Part shown: positions 1 through 7,917 of the stretch, in pieces | How positions within the stretch are numbered: position 1 is the first letter of the stretch | Layout of the letters: each line of letters begins with the position of its first letter | Source: a bacterium | GTDB lineage: Bacteria > Bacillota > Clostridia > Christensenellales > Aristaeellaceae | DNA: 20,828 bases | Assembly: GCA_963624325.1 (NCBI GenBank) | Contig: CAVFPH010000035.1 | Location: 1-20,828 of the forward strand | Direction of reading: 5' to 3' | Position numbers and translations under genes: made by a program | Notes under the pieces: model-generated | Database searches by the model: none | What the model was told of the DNA's origin: nothing | The model's input: the letters and a program-made list of their open reading frames with translations, nothing else

Positions 1-606
1 CGTCAGGGCTTCCTGCTGTGCAGTGCTCAGGGTGGTCACGTCAATGCCGTCTACGGCAAGGATGCTGAATGCTTTCATCATTTCATAGGTTTCGGGAAAG
101 TTTTCTGCCGTCAGGCTGATAGTCTGCCAGGTTTCGCCGCGCATCAGCTGGTCATTTGCGGTGCTGATGTTCAGGTAACTCATATTCTGCGCGTTATCGG
201 ACAGCACGCCCACCAGCAGCGCAGAGGGTGCCAGCACCTTTGCGGGGGCAATTGTTTGAGAGGCAACCACCGCATCGCCCTTTTTCACCTGCAGAGTATA
301 ACTGTTTTGCTTATAGCTTAGAATGAGGGGGATTACAATTTCTTTTTCGGCGCCGCCTGCCAATGTGACAGGATACTCATAGGTATCATACTGGGCAGCA
401 GCACGGCTTACATCCACGGATAAGGTAAATTCGGCATCTCCGCCGTTATTTTGAAGCGTAACCTTCAGCGGCATGGCGGCCAAATAAGTAATGATGCCGT
501 CATAACCGAATTCCGCGCTGACTGTCACGCTGCTCTCCGCCGCAGCGGCGGTACACAGCAGCAGGCAAAGCACGGCAATCAGCGCCGTTTTGAACGCAGT
601 GCGCAT
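1..606 (-). CDS. Exported hypothetical protein, N-terminal 202 codons only (C-terminus lies beyond the left edge)
   Basis: Absent from the ORF track because it runs off the window. Reading the reverse complement from the ATG at 606..604 gives MRTAFKTALIAVLCLLLCTAAAAESSVTVSAEFGYDG..., open in frame down to position 1. AAGGAGGA (614..621) lies 7 nt upstream of the ATG. The N-terminus is a classic n-h-c signal peptide. A canonical promoter sits upstream at 755..783. Family not recognised. Confidence 0.6.
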   Translation of the reverse strand, partial: MRTAFKTALIAVLCLLLCTAAAAESSVTVSAEFGYDGIITYLAAMPLKVTLQNNGGDAEFTLSVDVSRAAAQYDTYEYPVTLAGGAEKEIVIPLILSYKQNSYTLQVKKGDAVVASQTIAPAKVLAPSALLVGVLSDNAQNMSYLNISTANDQLMRGETWQTISLTAENFPETYEMMKAFSILAVDGIDVTTLSTAQQEALT

Positions 607-754
607 ACGAAAATCCTCCTTGAATTGCATAGTTCCACTCTTATAGACGAAACAGCCGCCCTTTTTGTTTCACAAACGGAAAATTTATTTCAAAAAAGTT
701 ACAAAAAGGCTGTTTCGGAGAATGCCGTTCGTTAGGATGCCGGCATCGCCGCCC

Positions 755-783
755 ATTATACCAATGCCTTTTCCATGCGTCAA
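755..783 (-). promoter_or_regulatory. Sigma-A type promoter for the left-edge exported-protein gene
   Basis: On the minus strand: TTGACG (783..778), a 17-nt spacer, then TATAAT (760..755). It sits directly downstream of the terminator of the preceding gene and about 140 nt upstream of the ATG at 606. Confidence 0.6.
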
Positions 784-789
784 CACGCG

Positions 790-836
790 CAAAAAAGCCT
801 CATTCAGATCGCCGCAATGCGGTTCTGAATGAGGCT
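790..836 (-). terminator. Rho-independent terminator of the DUF3899-like gene
   Basis: Perfect 13-bp inverted repeat AGCCTCATTCAGA (796..808) / TCTGAATGAGGCT (824..836). On the minus strand it is followed by TTTTTT (796..791). It lies 35 nt after the stop codon at 872. Confidence 0.65.
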
Positions 837-871
837 GAATGTGAAATACCGCTTTACCTGTATGGATATCC

Positions 872-1288
872 TTACAGGGAATAGTAACCAAGCAAAGCCA
901 ACAGTGAGACCGCAATGCAGCAAATCCCGACTATCAGAATCGTAAGCTTTGCCTTTTGGCGCTTTTCTGCCTTTGCGGTCTTATAATCATAAAAAGTCGG
1001 GATATCCTTGGGCTTGCGCAGCACCGAAAAGAGCATCGGCAGGCTTTTGACGGCATAGGCAAGCATGTCAAAAAAGCCGGTTGTCGATATGGCAACAAGC
1101 GCGCCGACACCTGTATAGAGAACGCCGATCACAAAGAAGGCGTCGCTAATAATGCGGCAGTTCGCGCTCACTGACAGTGAAGTACTGATCCCCATGGCTA
1201 TCGTTGTGCCAATCCCCGCAGCAAGCGCGGAAAAGGCGATCATGAATACAGCACGGCGGTGCGCCTTTGGATGAGTTTGCTTGTTCAT
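872..1288 (-). CDS. Small multi-pass membrane protein, DUF3899-like (family call tentative)
   Basis: The ORF in the track is 872..1303. I prefer the internal ATG at 1288 (MNKQTHPKAHRR...), which has AAAGGA 6 nt upstream. The protein has hydrophobic helices (VFMIAFSALAAGIGTTIAMGI, FFVIGVLYTGVGALVAI, LTILIVGICCIAVSLLALLGY) flanking a basic loop (FSVLRKPKDIPTFYDYKTAKAEKRQK), a layout I recall for DUF3899 proteins. A terminator follows. Confidence 0.6.
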   Translation of the reverse strand: MNKQTHPKAHRRAVFMIAFSALAAGIGTTIAMGISTSLSVSANCRIISDAFFVIGVLYTGVGALVAISTTGFFDMLAYAVKSLPMLFSVLRKPKDIPTFYDYKTAKAEKRQKAKLTILIVGICCIAVSLLALLGYYSL

Positions 1289-1388
1289 TGAAGATCCTTT
1301 CATGGAATGACATCATTTGTGCCATCGATGCGCTGGATTTTTTCGTCATGCTTGCAATGCAGACAAGGCTTGCAACGGCACGACGTAT

Positions 1389-1397
1389 ATTATAGCA
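1389..1397 (-). promoter_or_regulatory. Candidate extended -10 promoter (TGcTATAAT) for the DUF3899-like gene
   Basis: The minus strand reads TGCTATAAT, about 95 nt upstream of the ATG at 1288. No good -35 hexamer is present. Confidence 0.35.
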
Positions 1398-1551
1398 CAA
1401 ATTTTCATCTCATTCCGTCCCAAGTTGTCCCAAATTTCAGCGGAGAGCAGCAAAATCGCCATTTTCCCTTTTCAAATTGGGGGAAACATCCTTCAAAACC
1501 ATACTTTCCCATAAGTTTTGAAAATGGGATTAACCTGAATCGCCGCTTCGC

Positions 1552-1801
1552 TCATGCATTCTGCCTTCTTTCCTGAAATTTGACAGTTTTGCCAAGCAAG
1601 CCGTCAGCAATGCCAAACGCCGTGGTCAGCAGCATCTGTCCGTAAACAGATAACGAAGCTCAATGCTCTATTCGTCCACAGAAAAGAAAAGCTGATTGCG
1701 GCCAATGCCCAGACCATGGAGGAGACCAGCAACTGCCCAATTTTCCACAGCACATAGAAGCGGAAATAGCCTGCCTCAGCAAGCCGGCCATATGCTGTGC
1801 A
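1552..1801 (-). pseudogene. Possible decayed remnant of a membrane-protein gene (two hydrophobic reading-frame fragments, no start codon or RBS)
   Basis: Minus-strand frame A (1801..1604) reads ..AEAGYFRFYVLWKIGQLLVSSMVWALAAISFSFLWTNRALSFVICL.. and begins directly after a stop with no start codon. Frame B (1635..1552) continues MLLTTAFGIADGLLGKTVKFQERRQNA*. No RBS is present. The segment lies in a 590-bp non-coding gap downstream of the importer terminator. Confidence 0.2.
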
Positions 1802-1847
1802 TCAGAACCAACACAATAAGGAGAATGCGCGATTGCCGCGGAAGCTG

Positions 1848-1888
1848 TGAAATTAAACTCAGCCGCCGGTATTAGCCCGGCGGCTGAG
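1848..1888 (-). terminator. Rho-independent terminator of the importer operon
   Basis: 12-bp stem CTCAGCCGCCGG (1858..1869) / CCGGCGGCTGAG (1877..1888) with a 7-nt loop. On the minus strand it is followed by TTTAATTT. It starts 7 nt after the stop of the last ATPase gene. Confidence 0.7.
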
Positions 1889-1894
1889 TCAATA

Positions 1895-3073
1895 TCATTT
1901 GGACAATTCCGCCTGATAGCGGGCAAATTCCGCATCGTTGCAGCGAACGAAATGCCCCGGTGCAACCTCCCGCATGGTCGGCTGATCAACTGAATAATCG
2001 TGTGCCTTAAGCGGATCATAGTGAATGCGCTGACGCTTCTGCTCATAGTCCGGATCGGGAAGCGGAATGGCGGAAAGCAGAGCCTGCGTATACGGATGCA
2101 GCGGATGGGCAAACAGCTCCTCGGAAGAAGCCATTTCCACCATGTGGCCGTAGTACATCACGCCGATACGATCGGAGAAGTACTTTACAACGGACAAATC
2201 GTGGGCAATAAACATGATGGTCAGGCCAAGCTGATCACGGAGGTCATTGAGCAGGTTGATAACCTGCGCCTGGATGGATACATCCAAAGCGGATACAGGC
2301 TCATCGGCAATAATCAATTCCGGGTTCATGATGACCGCCCGTGCAACGCCGATGCGCTGACGCTGACCGCCGGAAAATTCATGCGGATAGCGGCCTGCAT
2401 GCTCACGCACAAGGCCGACCATTTCCAGCACCTTGAACACTTTTTCCTCAACAACCGCTTTGTTGGTCTCCCCGCGGATGGCCAAGCCCTCGGCGATGAT
2501 CTCATGCACCGTCATACGCGGATCAAGAGAGGCAATCGGATCCTGGAAGATCATCTGGATCTGGGTTGTAAAGCGCTGATGCTTCGCGATCTTCTTTTCG
2601 TAAGCATATTCCTGCTTCATTTTATCCATTTGATCGGGAGGCGTATTCTTGAGGATCTCGGCGTACTTGGCATCTACCTCTTCGACCATCGCGTTTGCGT
2701 AAATCTTGTCGCACTTCTCGTGGTCAAACTTTGCCTTGCGGATTTCCTCACGGTTTTCTTCAATGATGCGCTTCAGCTCCGCCTTGCGTTCGGGAGAAGC
2801 AGTTTTCATTTCCGTCCTTGCGGCGGCAATTGCATCCTTATAGCTTTTTGTGCCGGCGGCAATGCGCTTGCCCTTGAAATAGATGCTGCCCGATGTGATA
2901 TCATAGAGCTTGATGATAGAACGTCCTGTAGTGGTCTTGCCGCAGCCGGACTCACCGACCAGGCCGAATACTTCACCCTTCTTGATATCGAAGGATACAT
3001 CGTCAACAGCCTTATTGCTGCCAAAGTACTGGCAAAGATGGTCAACCTTCAGCAAAACTTCACGATCATCCAT
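1895..3073 (-). CDS. Opp/Dpp-family ABC transporter ATP-binding protein (OppF position), 392 aa, carrying an internal insertion
   Basis: Motifs present: Walker A GESGCGKTT, Q-loop QMIFQDP, signature FSGGQRQR, Walker B LIIADEPVSALD, H-loop FIAHDL, and the oligopeptide-transporter C-terminal tail (HPLHPYTQALLSAIP). The ATG overlaps the upstream stop as ATGGATGA. Confidence 0.93.
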   Translation of the reverse strand: MDDREVLLKVDHLCQYFGSNKAVDDVSFDIKKGEVFGLVGESGCGKTTTGRSIIKLYDITSGSIYFKGKRIAAGTKSYKDAIAAARTEMKTASPERKAELKRIIEENREEIRKAKFDHEKCDKIYANAMVEEVDAKYAEILKNTPPDQMDKMKQEYAYEKKIAKHQRFTTQIQMIFQDPIASLDPRMTVHEIIAEGLAIRGETNKAVVEEKVFKVLEMVGLVREHAGRYPHEFSGGQRQRIGVARAVIMNPELIIADEPVSALDVSIQAQVINLLNDLRDQLGLTIMFIAHDLSVVKYFSDRIGVMYYGHMVEMASSEELFAHPLHPYTQALLSAIPLPDPDYEQKRQRIHYDPLKAHDYSVDQPTMREVAPGHFVRCNDAEFARYQAELSK

Positions 3074-5204
3074 TTGCTTCTGCCTCCGATCTTTGCTTCA
3101 TCTTTGCTATGCGCTCCATAACTGCTTTGGGCGGATCGATTTTCGGTGCCTTCGGATGCAGCAGCCAGGTCGCAGCCCAGTGCGTTTCCGTAATGGGGAA
3201 TGCCGGCGGCTGCATTTCGAAATCAACATTCAGCGCATACTGATTGCGCTCCGCAAAAGCATCGCCCTTCGGCGGGAAACGCATATCCGGCGGCGTTCCG
3301 GGTATCGCCTCCAGGCGCTCCTTGCTGTCCAAATCGGGCATAGAGGAAAGCAGCGCCCAAGTGTAGGGATGTGCAGGCGAATAGAAAATCTCGCGGCTTG
3401 TGCCGTACTCAACAATCTTGCCTGCGTACATCACGGCGATTTGATCCGCCATGTTTGCAACGACGCCCAAATCGTGGGTGATAAAGATGATGGACAGGTT
3501 GCGCTCTTTCTTTAGTTTGTTAATCAGCTCAAGGATTTGCGCCTGAATGGTTACATCCAGTGCGGTCGTCGGCTCATCGCAGATCAGGATATCCGGATTT
3601 GCAGCCAAGGCAATGGCAATAACAATGCGCTGACGCATACCGCCGGAGAATTCAAATGGATACTGGCGGTAACGCTTGCGGGGCTCGGAAATACCAACCT
3701 CCGTCATCAGCTTGAGGGCCTTGTTCTTTGCAGCCTGCTTTGTGATGCGGGTTACCATGCCGGAAGCATTCTCCTTCAGGTACTCAATCACATGCTCGGT
3801 CTTTACGCGCTTGTCCTCATTCGGCTCTGTTGCCACGCGCTGTTCATAATGCGCCTTGAGGTTGTTCATGAGCGTCAGGATATTCTGCTTGACCAGCTCA
3901 AAATCAACCGTGGTTGCCATGGCAACCTTGTATGCACGCCCTTTGGCAGCCTTCTTTTGAGCCCGCGCAACCTCACGGTTGTACTTGGCTTCCTTGCGGG
4001 CATTCGTCCGCTTTCCTTCTGCGAAGGTATGATAGTAGCTCTTCATACTGCCGGAGAATGTGCAGGCAGCGGAGTCCTTTACAATATCCAGCGGATCGAT
4101 GGAGGCATCAACTTCTTTGCACAGCGCTTCGGCCGTGTCCTTGAAGCTTTCAACCGTGCTGCCTTCCAGCTGCGCAATGCCCTTTGTCAGGGATTCCACA
4201 ACGGCGCGGCGTTTTTCGGTGTACGCCGCATCGGCCTTCCGAATGCCCTTTGTGGCAAGGTCCGCAAAGCGGTCAAGGAAATTCTTTTCCAGATACTCAC
4301 GATAGAATGCATTTTGCTCGGCAATGCTGCCCTGCGGCACATCCCCGCTGCCATAGGTCTGGAAATAGCCCATGGAGAAAAAGTCCGGTGCTTCCTCCGC
4401 GACGCGGTTAAGGGCACGCTCCAAGATCTCCTTTAGATTCGAGAACTTTGTGCGAAGGTCGTTTTGGTCGTTCAGTTTGAAATTGGTATTGTCCGTTATG
4501 GACGCGCGTTCCGTCTCGGGAACGACGTAGGGATTAATGCTCCCGCGGGCAAACTCCCTCACCTGACGAATGCTCGGCTTGTCGCTGTCCTTGAGCGCAT
4601 TTTTTTCGATGAGGAACAGCAGATGGTCGATTTCTTCCAAGGCATCCTGTGCATACTCATGGGCTGCATTGTACGCCTGCTCCATCTTGGTATGTGCCAG
4701 CTCGAACTTTTGGAACTTGGCAATATCCGCTTCGACCTGCTCCTTCTCATCGGGATTCGCATCAAGCATGTACTTTTCCAGCAGCTTCAGCTTGGTATTG
4801 TAATTCGTCTTGCTGCTGCGCTGACGTGCCTTGCCTTTGAGAAGCATGGCCTCTGTCAGCTGTTTGCCGATTCGCATGATGGGGTTCAGGGAGGAAAGCG
4901 GATCCTGGAAGATCATCGCGATTTTATCGCCGCGCAGGCGATAGAAATCATCTTCACGGATTTTAAGCAGATCCTGACCGTCGTAGAGGATCTCGCCGCC
5001 CTCTACAATCGCGTTGCCTGCTAAAATGCCCAGAATCGCCTTGCTCGTGACAGACTTGCCCGAGCCGGATTCGCCTACGATCGCCAGGGTTTCTCCCTTG
5101 TGCAGGTCAAAGCTGATATCACGAACAGCCTGAACCTTTCCGCCCGAAGTGCGGAAGGATACGCGCAGGTTGCGCACCTGCAGCTTTTTTTCTTTCTGCT
5201 CCAT
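3066..5204 (-). CDS. Opp/Dpp-family ABC transporter ATP-binding protein (OppD position), 712 aa, with a very large insertion in the NBD
   Basis: The track ORF (740 aa) begins inside the upstream gene. The ATG at 5204 (MEQKEKKLQVRNLRVSF...) is 1 nt after the permease stop and has GAGGTG 9 nt upstream. Motifs present: Walker A GESGSGKS, Q-loop MIFQDP, signature FSGGMRQR, Walker B ILICDEPTTALD, H-loop ITHDL, and C-terminal tail HPYTWALLSSMP. Confidence 0.93.
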   Translation of the reverse strand: MEQKEKKLQVRNLRVSFRTSGGKVQAVRDISFDLHKGETLAIVGESGSGKSVTSKAILGILAGNAIVEGGEILYDGQDLLKIREDDFYRLRGDKIAMIFQDPLSSLNPIMRIGKQLTEAMLLKGKARQRSSKTNYNTKLKLLEKYMLDANPDEKEQVEADIAKFQKFELAHTKMEQAYNAAHEYAQDALEEIDHLLFLIEKNALKDSDKPSIRQVREFARGSINPYVVPETERASITDNTNFKLNDQNDLRTKFSNLKEILERALNRVAEEAPDFFSMGYFQTYGSGDVPQGSIAEQNAFYREYLEKNFLDRFADLATKGIRKADAAYTEKRRAVVESLTKGIAQLEGSTVESFKDTAEALCKEVDASIDPLDIVKDSAACTFSGSMKSYYHTFAEGKRTNARKEAKYNREVARAQKKAAKGRAYKVAMATTVDFELVKQNILTLMNNLKAHYEQRVATEPNEDKRVKTEHVIEYLKENASGMVTRITKQAAKNKALKLMTEVGISEPRKRYRQYPFEFSGGMRQRIVIAIALAANPDILICDEPTTALDVTIQAQILELINKLKKERNLSIIFITHDLGVVANMADQIAVMYAGKIVEYGTSREIFYSPAHPYTWALLSSMPDLDSKERLEAIPGTPPDMRFPPKGDAFAERNQYALNVDFEMQPPAFPITETHWAATWLLHPKAPKIDPPKAVMERIAKMKQRSEAEANG

Positions 5205-5205
5205 G

Positions 5206-6744
5206 TTACTCAGCACCTCGCAAAGACGGGTTGAAGGCATCGCGCAAACCGTTGCCGAAGAGGTTGAAGGAAATTTCCAGCAGCGCAATAAACAGCGCAG
5301 GGAAGAAGATGATGTAGGGATCCGTTGAAAGATAATTCTTGCCGTTTGCCAGCATCGTACCGACGCTTGTCATGGTCGAAGATTCCAGGTTCACGATGCC
5401 CAGGTATGTCAGGCTGGATTCGGAGAAGATAACGCCCGGAATAACCAGCACAGAGCCTGTGATGATCGTGCCCAGAGAGTTGGGGAAAATGTGCTTGAAC
5501 ATCAGTCTGAAATCGCTGGCGCCCAGGGTGCGCGCAGCCAGGATATACTCCTGTCCCTTGAAGCGGTAGAACTGCATGCGCACACGCGATGCCATGCCGA
5601 TCCAGCCTGTCAGCACAAAGGCGAAGATCAGTGACCAGACAGGTCCGACGGTTTTGGCCAAGTGCAGCTGGAACAGCGTTGTGACAACCATGAAGGGTAC
5701 GCCGCTGAGGACGTCCGAAATACGGTCCATGGTCATGTCCACCCAGCCGCCGTAATAGCCCTGCACGGCGCCGTAGAAGGTACCGATTACCAGGTTGATC
5801 AGGGAAATGCTGATGGCAAGCAGGAAGGAGAAGCGTGCGCCGGCCGCCAGGCGGGTGAAGATATCTTGGCCCGTAGCATTCGTGCCGAATACAAAGGAAG
5901 GCTCAAACCCGTAGCGATAGCGGAAGTAATTGTACTTGTCCACGCGCACAACATAGCTCTTGTTTTCGGATGTGCCGGTTACGCGGGCATATGCCAGCGG
6001 CTTTTCAGGATCATTGTCCGCGGCAATGCGGATGGAATGATAGGACGTATCGCTGGTGGTTGTCGTGCGGTAGATCGGCTGCAGATTGCCCTCTTTATCC
6101 AGCTTGGGCACACCCTTCTTGGTCACCTCATACCAGACATTGGCATTGGTCTGTTTGGCATCGGTAATGGCGGGATAGATTACCTGAATCTGGTTTTCAT
6201 CCTGCCAGGTCTGAATGTTCTCATACTCGGCGGGGGTCAGCGTCAGCGTCATCATGCCCATGTTTTGGTAGACATCTACCTTCAGGTCATAATACTTGGT
6301 TGAGCTGTTGCTCCTCGAATCCGTGTAGGCTGCCTTCGTCACCTCAAGGATCGGCGTATGGCCGGTTTCCTGCCCGATGGCGCACATTTTGATATAGTCT
6401 GTCTCGTTGACGGTGATTGTCTTTGTTCCGTCCAGACCCAGCCAGCCGAGCCATGAAATCTTGGGAGGAAGCTTAATATACTGAAGATAGGTCGTGTCGG
6501 TCAGACGAAGGGAATAGTTCGTCTCGCAGAACATCGGCACCAAGATGGCATAAAGCAGCAGCATCAAGATGATCACCGCTGCCACTACGGAGCTCTTATT
6601 GCGGCAGAAGCGGCTCAGCGCATCCCGGAAAGAACCGATCGGCTTGCTTTCCAAGGCCTTATCATGAAGGCGTCCTTCCAGCGGAACGCGTTCAAAGCAG
6701 GAATCAGGCAGGTCAGCATAATTTATTTTTTTCTCACTCATCAC
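5206..6744 (-). CDS. Opp/Dpp-family ABC transporter permease (OppC position), long form with a large extracytoplasmic loop
   Basis: The start is either the GTG at 6744 (overlapping the upstream stop as GTGA) or the ATG at 6741. TM1 is VVAAVIILMLLLYAILVPMF. The FGTNATGQDIFTRL motif precedes TM2. The EAA-type loop is ILAARTLGASDFRLMFKHIFPN. The stop is 1 nt before the next gene's ATG. Confidence 0.9.
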   Translation of the reverse strand: MMSEKKINYADLPDSCFERVPLEGRLHDKALESKPIGSFRDALSRFCRNKSSVVAAVIILMLLLYAILVPMFCETNYSLRLTDTTYLQYIKLPPKISWLGWLGLDGTKTITVNETDYIKMCAIGQETGHTPILEVTKAAYTDSRSNSSTKYYDLKVDVYQNMGMMTLTLTPAEYENIQTWQDENQIQVIYPAITDAKQTNANVWYEVTKKGVPKLDKEGNLQPIYRTTTTSDTSYHSIRIAADNDPEKPLAYARVTGTSENKSYVVRVDKYNYFRYRYGFEPSFVFGTNATGQDIFTRLAAGARFSFLLAISISLINLVIGTFYGAVQGYYGGWVDMTMDRISDVLSGVPFMVVTTLFQLHLAKTVGPVWSLIFAFVLTGWIGMASRVRMQFYRFKGQEYILAARTLGASDFRLMFKHIFPNSLGTIITGSVLVIPGVIFSESSLTYLGIVNLESSTMTSVGTMLANGKNYLSTDPYIIFFPALFIALLEISFNLFGNGLRDAFNPSLRGAE

Positions 6745-7700
6745 TTTTTGCTCCCCATTCTGATTCTCGGATCAATGAAGCTGTAGCTGATATCCACCAC
6801 GATGTTGGAGGCAAGGCCGATCAACGTGTAGAATGCCGTCAGCAGCAGGAAGAAATTGTAATCCGGAGGCGTAGATGCAATGGAAGCAACATACAGCGGG
6901 CCAACGCCGGGAATACCGAAAATCTGCTCGATAATCAGAGAACCGGACATGATGCCGATAAACTCACCCAGGATCATGGGGAAAACAGGCACCATTGCAT
7001 TGCGCAGGGCATGGCGGATTGTCGTCTGGCTGCGGCTGAGGCCCTTTGTACGCGCAAGGAGAAGGAAGTCGCTGGTCAGCACTTCCGTCAGTTCCGCACG
7101 AACATAGCGTGTCAAACCGGCTACCGTGCCGAATCCCAAAGAAAGGATGGCCGGCACGATGGAAACAAACATGTCCCACGAAAAATAATCATAGCCGGAT
7201 TTCATCTGGAACGGGAACCACTGCAGCTTAAAACACAGCAGCCACTGCACCAAGAATGCATACACATAGCTTGGCACGGAAACAAATATCATAACGGCCG
7301 TGGAGATAAAGTTATCCTGCCACTTGTTTTTGCGCAGGGCAGCATAGATACCCAGCAGCAGGCCCAGCGGGACCGCAAAAACCATGGTATACACGTTTAC
7401 CATCACGGTTGCGGGCATCTTCGACATGAAGACATCCCACACATCCTTGCCGGTATAGAGCGTTTCGCTGATGCCCCAGTCCCCGCCGATGAGCGACTTC
7501 CGGACAAAAATCGCGTACTGCTCAATCAGCGGCTTATTATAGCCGAGTGCTTCGCGGCGCATCTCAATAAGCTGTTTGTCCTTGCCAAACTGCTCCGCGG
7601 GTTTGCTTGGCAAAAGCTTTACCAAAACAAAGCACATGGAGATAATGATCATGAACACCATCAGCATGAGCAGCAACCGCTTGAATACATATTTAACCAT
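6741..7700 (-). CDS. Opp/Dpp-family ABC transporter permease (OppB position), 319 aa
   Basis: The ATG at 7700 (MVKYVFKRLLLMLMVF...) has AGGAG 7 nt upstream. The track start at 7835 would add 45 residues that do not look like protein and have no RBS. The EAA-type loop is LLARTKGLSRSQTTIRHALRNAMVP. The protein is multi-pass and hydrophobic. Confidence 0.9.
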   Translation of the reverse strand: MVKYVFKRLLLMLMVFMIIISMCFVLVKLLPSKPAEQFGKDKQLIEMRREALGYNKPLIEQYAIFVRKSLIGGDWGISETLYTGKDVWDVFMSKMPATVMVNVYTMVFAVPLGLLLGIYAALRKNKWQDNFISTAVMIFVSVPSYVYAFLVQWLLCFKLQWFPFQMKSGYDYFSWDMFVSIVPAILSLGFGTVAGLTRYVRAELTEVLTSDFLLLARTKGLSRSQTTIRHALRNAMVPVFPMILGEFIGIMSGSLIIEQIFGIPGVGPLYVASIASTPPDYNFFLLLTAFYTLIGLASNIVVDISYSFIDPRIRMGSKK

Positions 7701-7917
7701 GCCGTAGCTCCTTCCATTTTTTACGGCTGCATCCGAACTGACTTTCGTCAGCGATGTACCCTTTTTCTTTCTCGGCGCAAGCGCACCCGCTTTCGGGTAC
7801 AGCCGTAAGAAATGAAGATTGAAGTATAAAGACAAACATAGCCAAGGTAAGAAGGCATCTGCAGGGTGTCATTCTCGCCTTGGTACTTTGTTCCAAACAA
7901 TCATGTAATTCTTAGCT

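Noticed and set aside
451-735. A 94-aa plus-strand ORF with a TTG start. A 76-aa minus-strand ORF lies at 685..915.
   Set aside because: The first overlaps the signal-peptide end of the real minus-strand gene and its leader. The second spans a promoter and a terminator hairpin. Neither has an RBS.
1146-1576. ORFs 1146..1400 (minus), 1307..1576 and 1317..1514 (plus), in or around the gap next to the DUF3899-like gene.
   Set aside because: They have no RBS and odd Cys/Arg/His-rich composition, and they overlap the candidate promoter and leader. I treat the region as non-coding.
2000-5024. Several 180-370-aa plus-strand ORFs opposite the two importer ATPases (2000..3121, 2910..3515, 3537..4436, 4464..5024). 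Many shorter ORFs lie in the same region.
   Set aside because: The long ones are again codon-aligned shadows. The exception is 2910..3515, which is out of phase and overlaps two genes. None has an RBS or recognisable motifs, whereas the minus-strand ATPase motifs are complete and in the correct order.
5205-5288. N-terminal extensions offered by the ORF track: the first ATPase from 5288, the OppB-like gene from 7835, the TraX-family gene from 13640, the ABC permease from 20295, and the sigma factor from 15662.
   Set aside because: Each extension runs into the upstream gene or non-coding DNA, lacks an RBS and encodes non-protein-like sequence. In each case an internal start with a Shine-Dalgarno sequence and/or stop-start coupling gives a canonical family N-terminus.
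5662-7808. Plus-strand ORFs 5662..6303 and 7011..7808, opposite the two permease genes.
   Set aside because: They are codon-aligned antisense shadows of hydrophobic permease genes. They have no translation signals.
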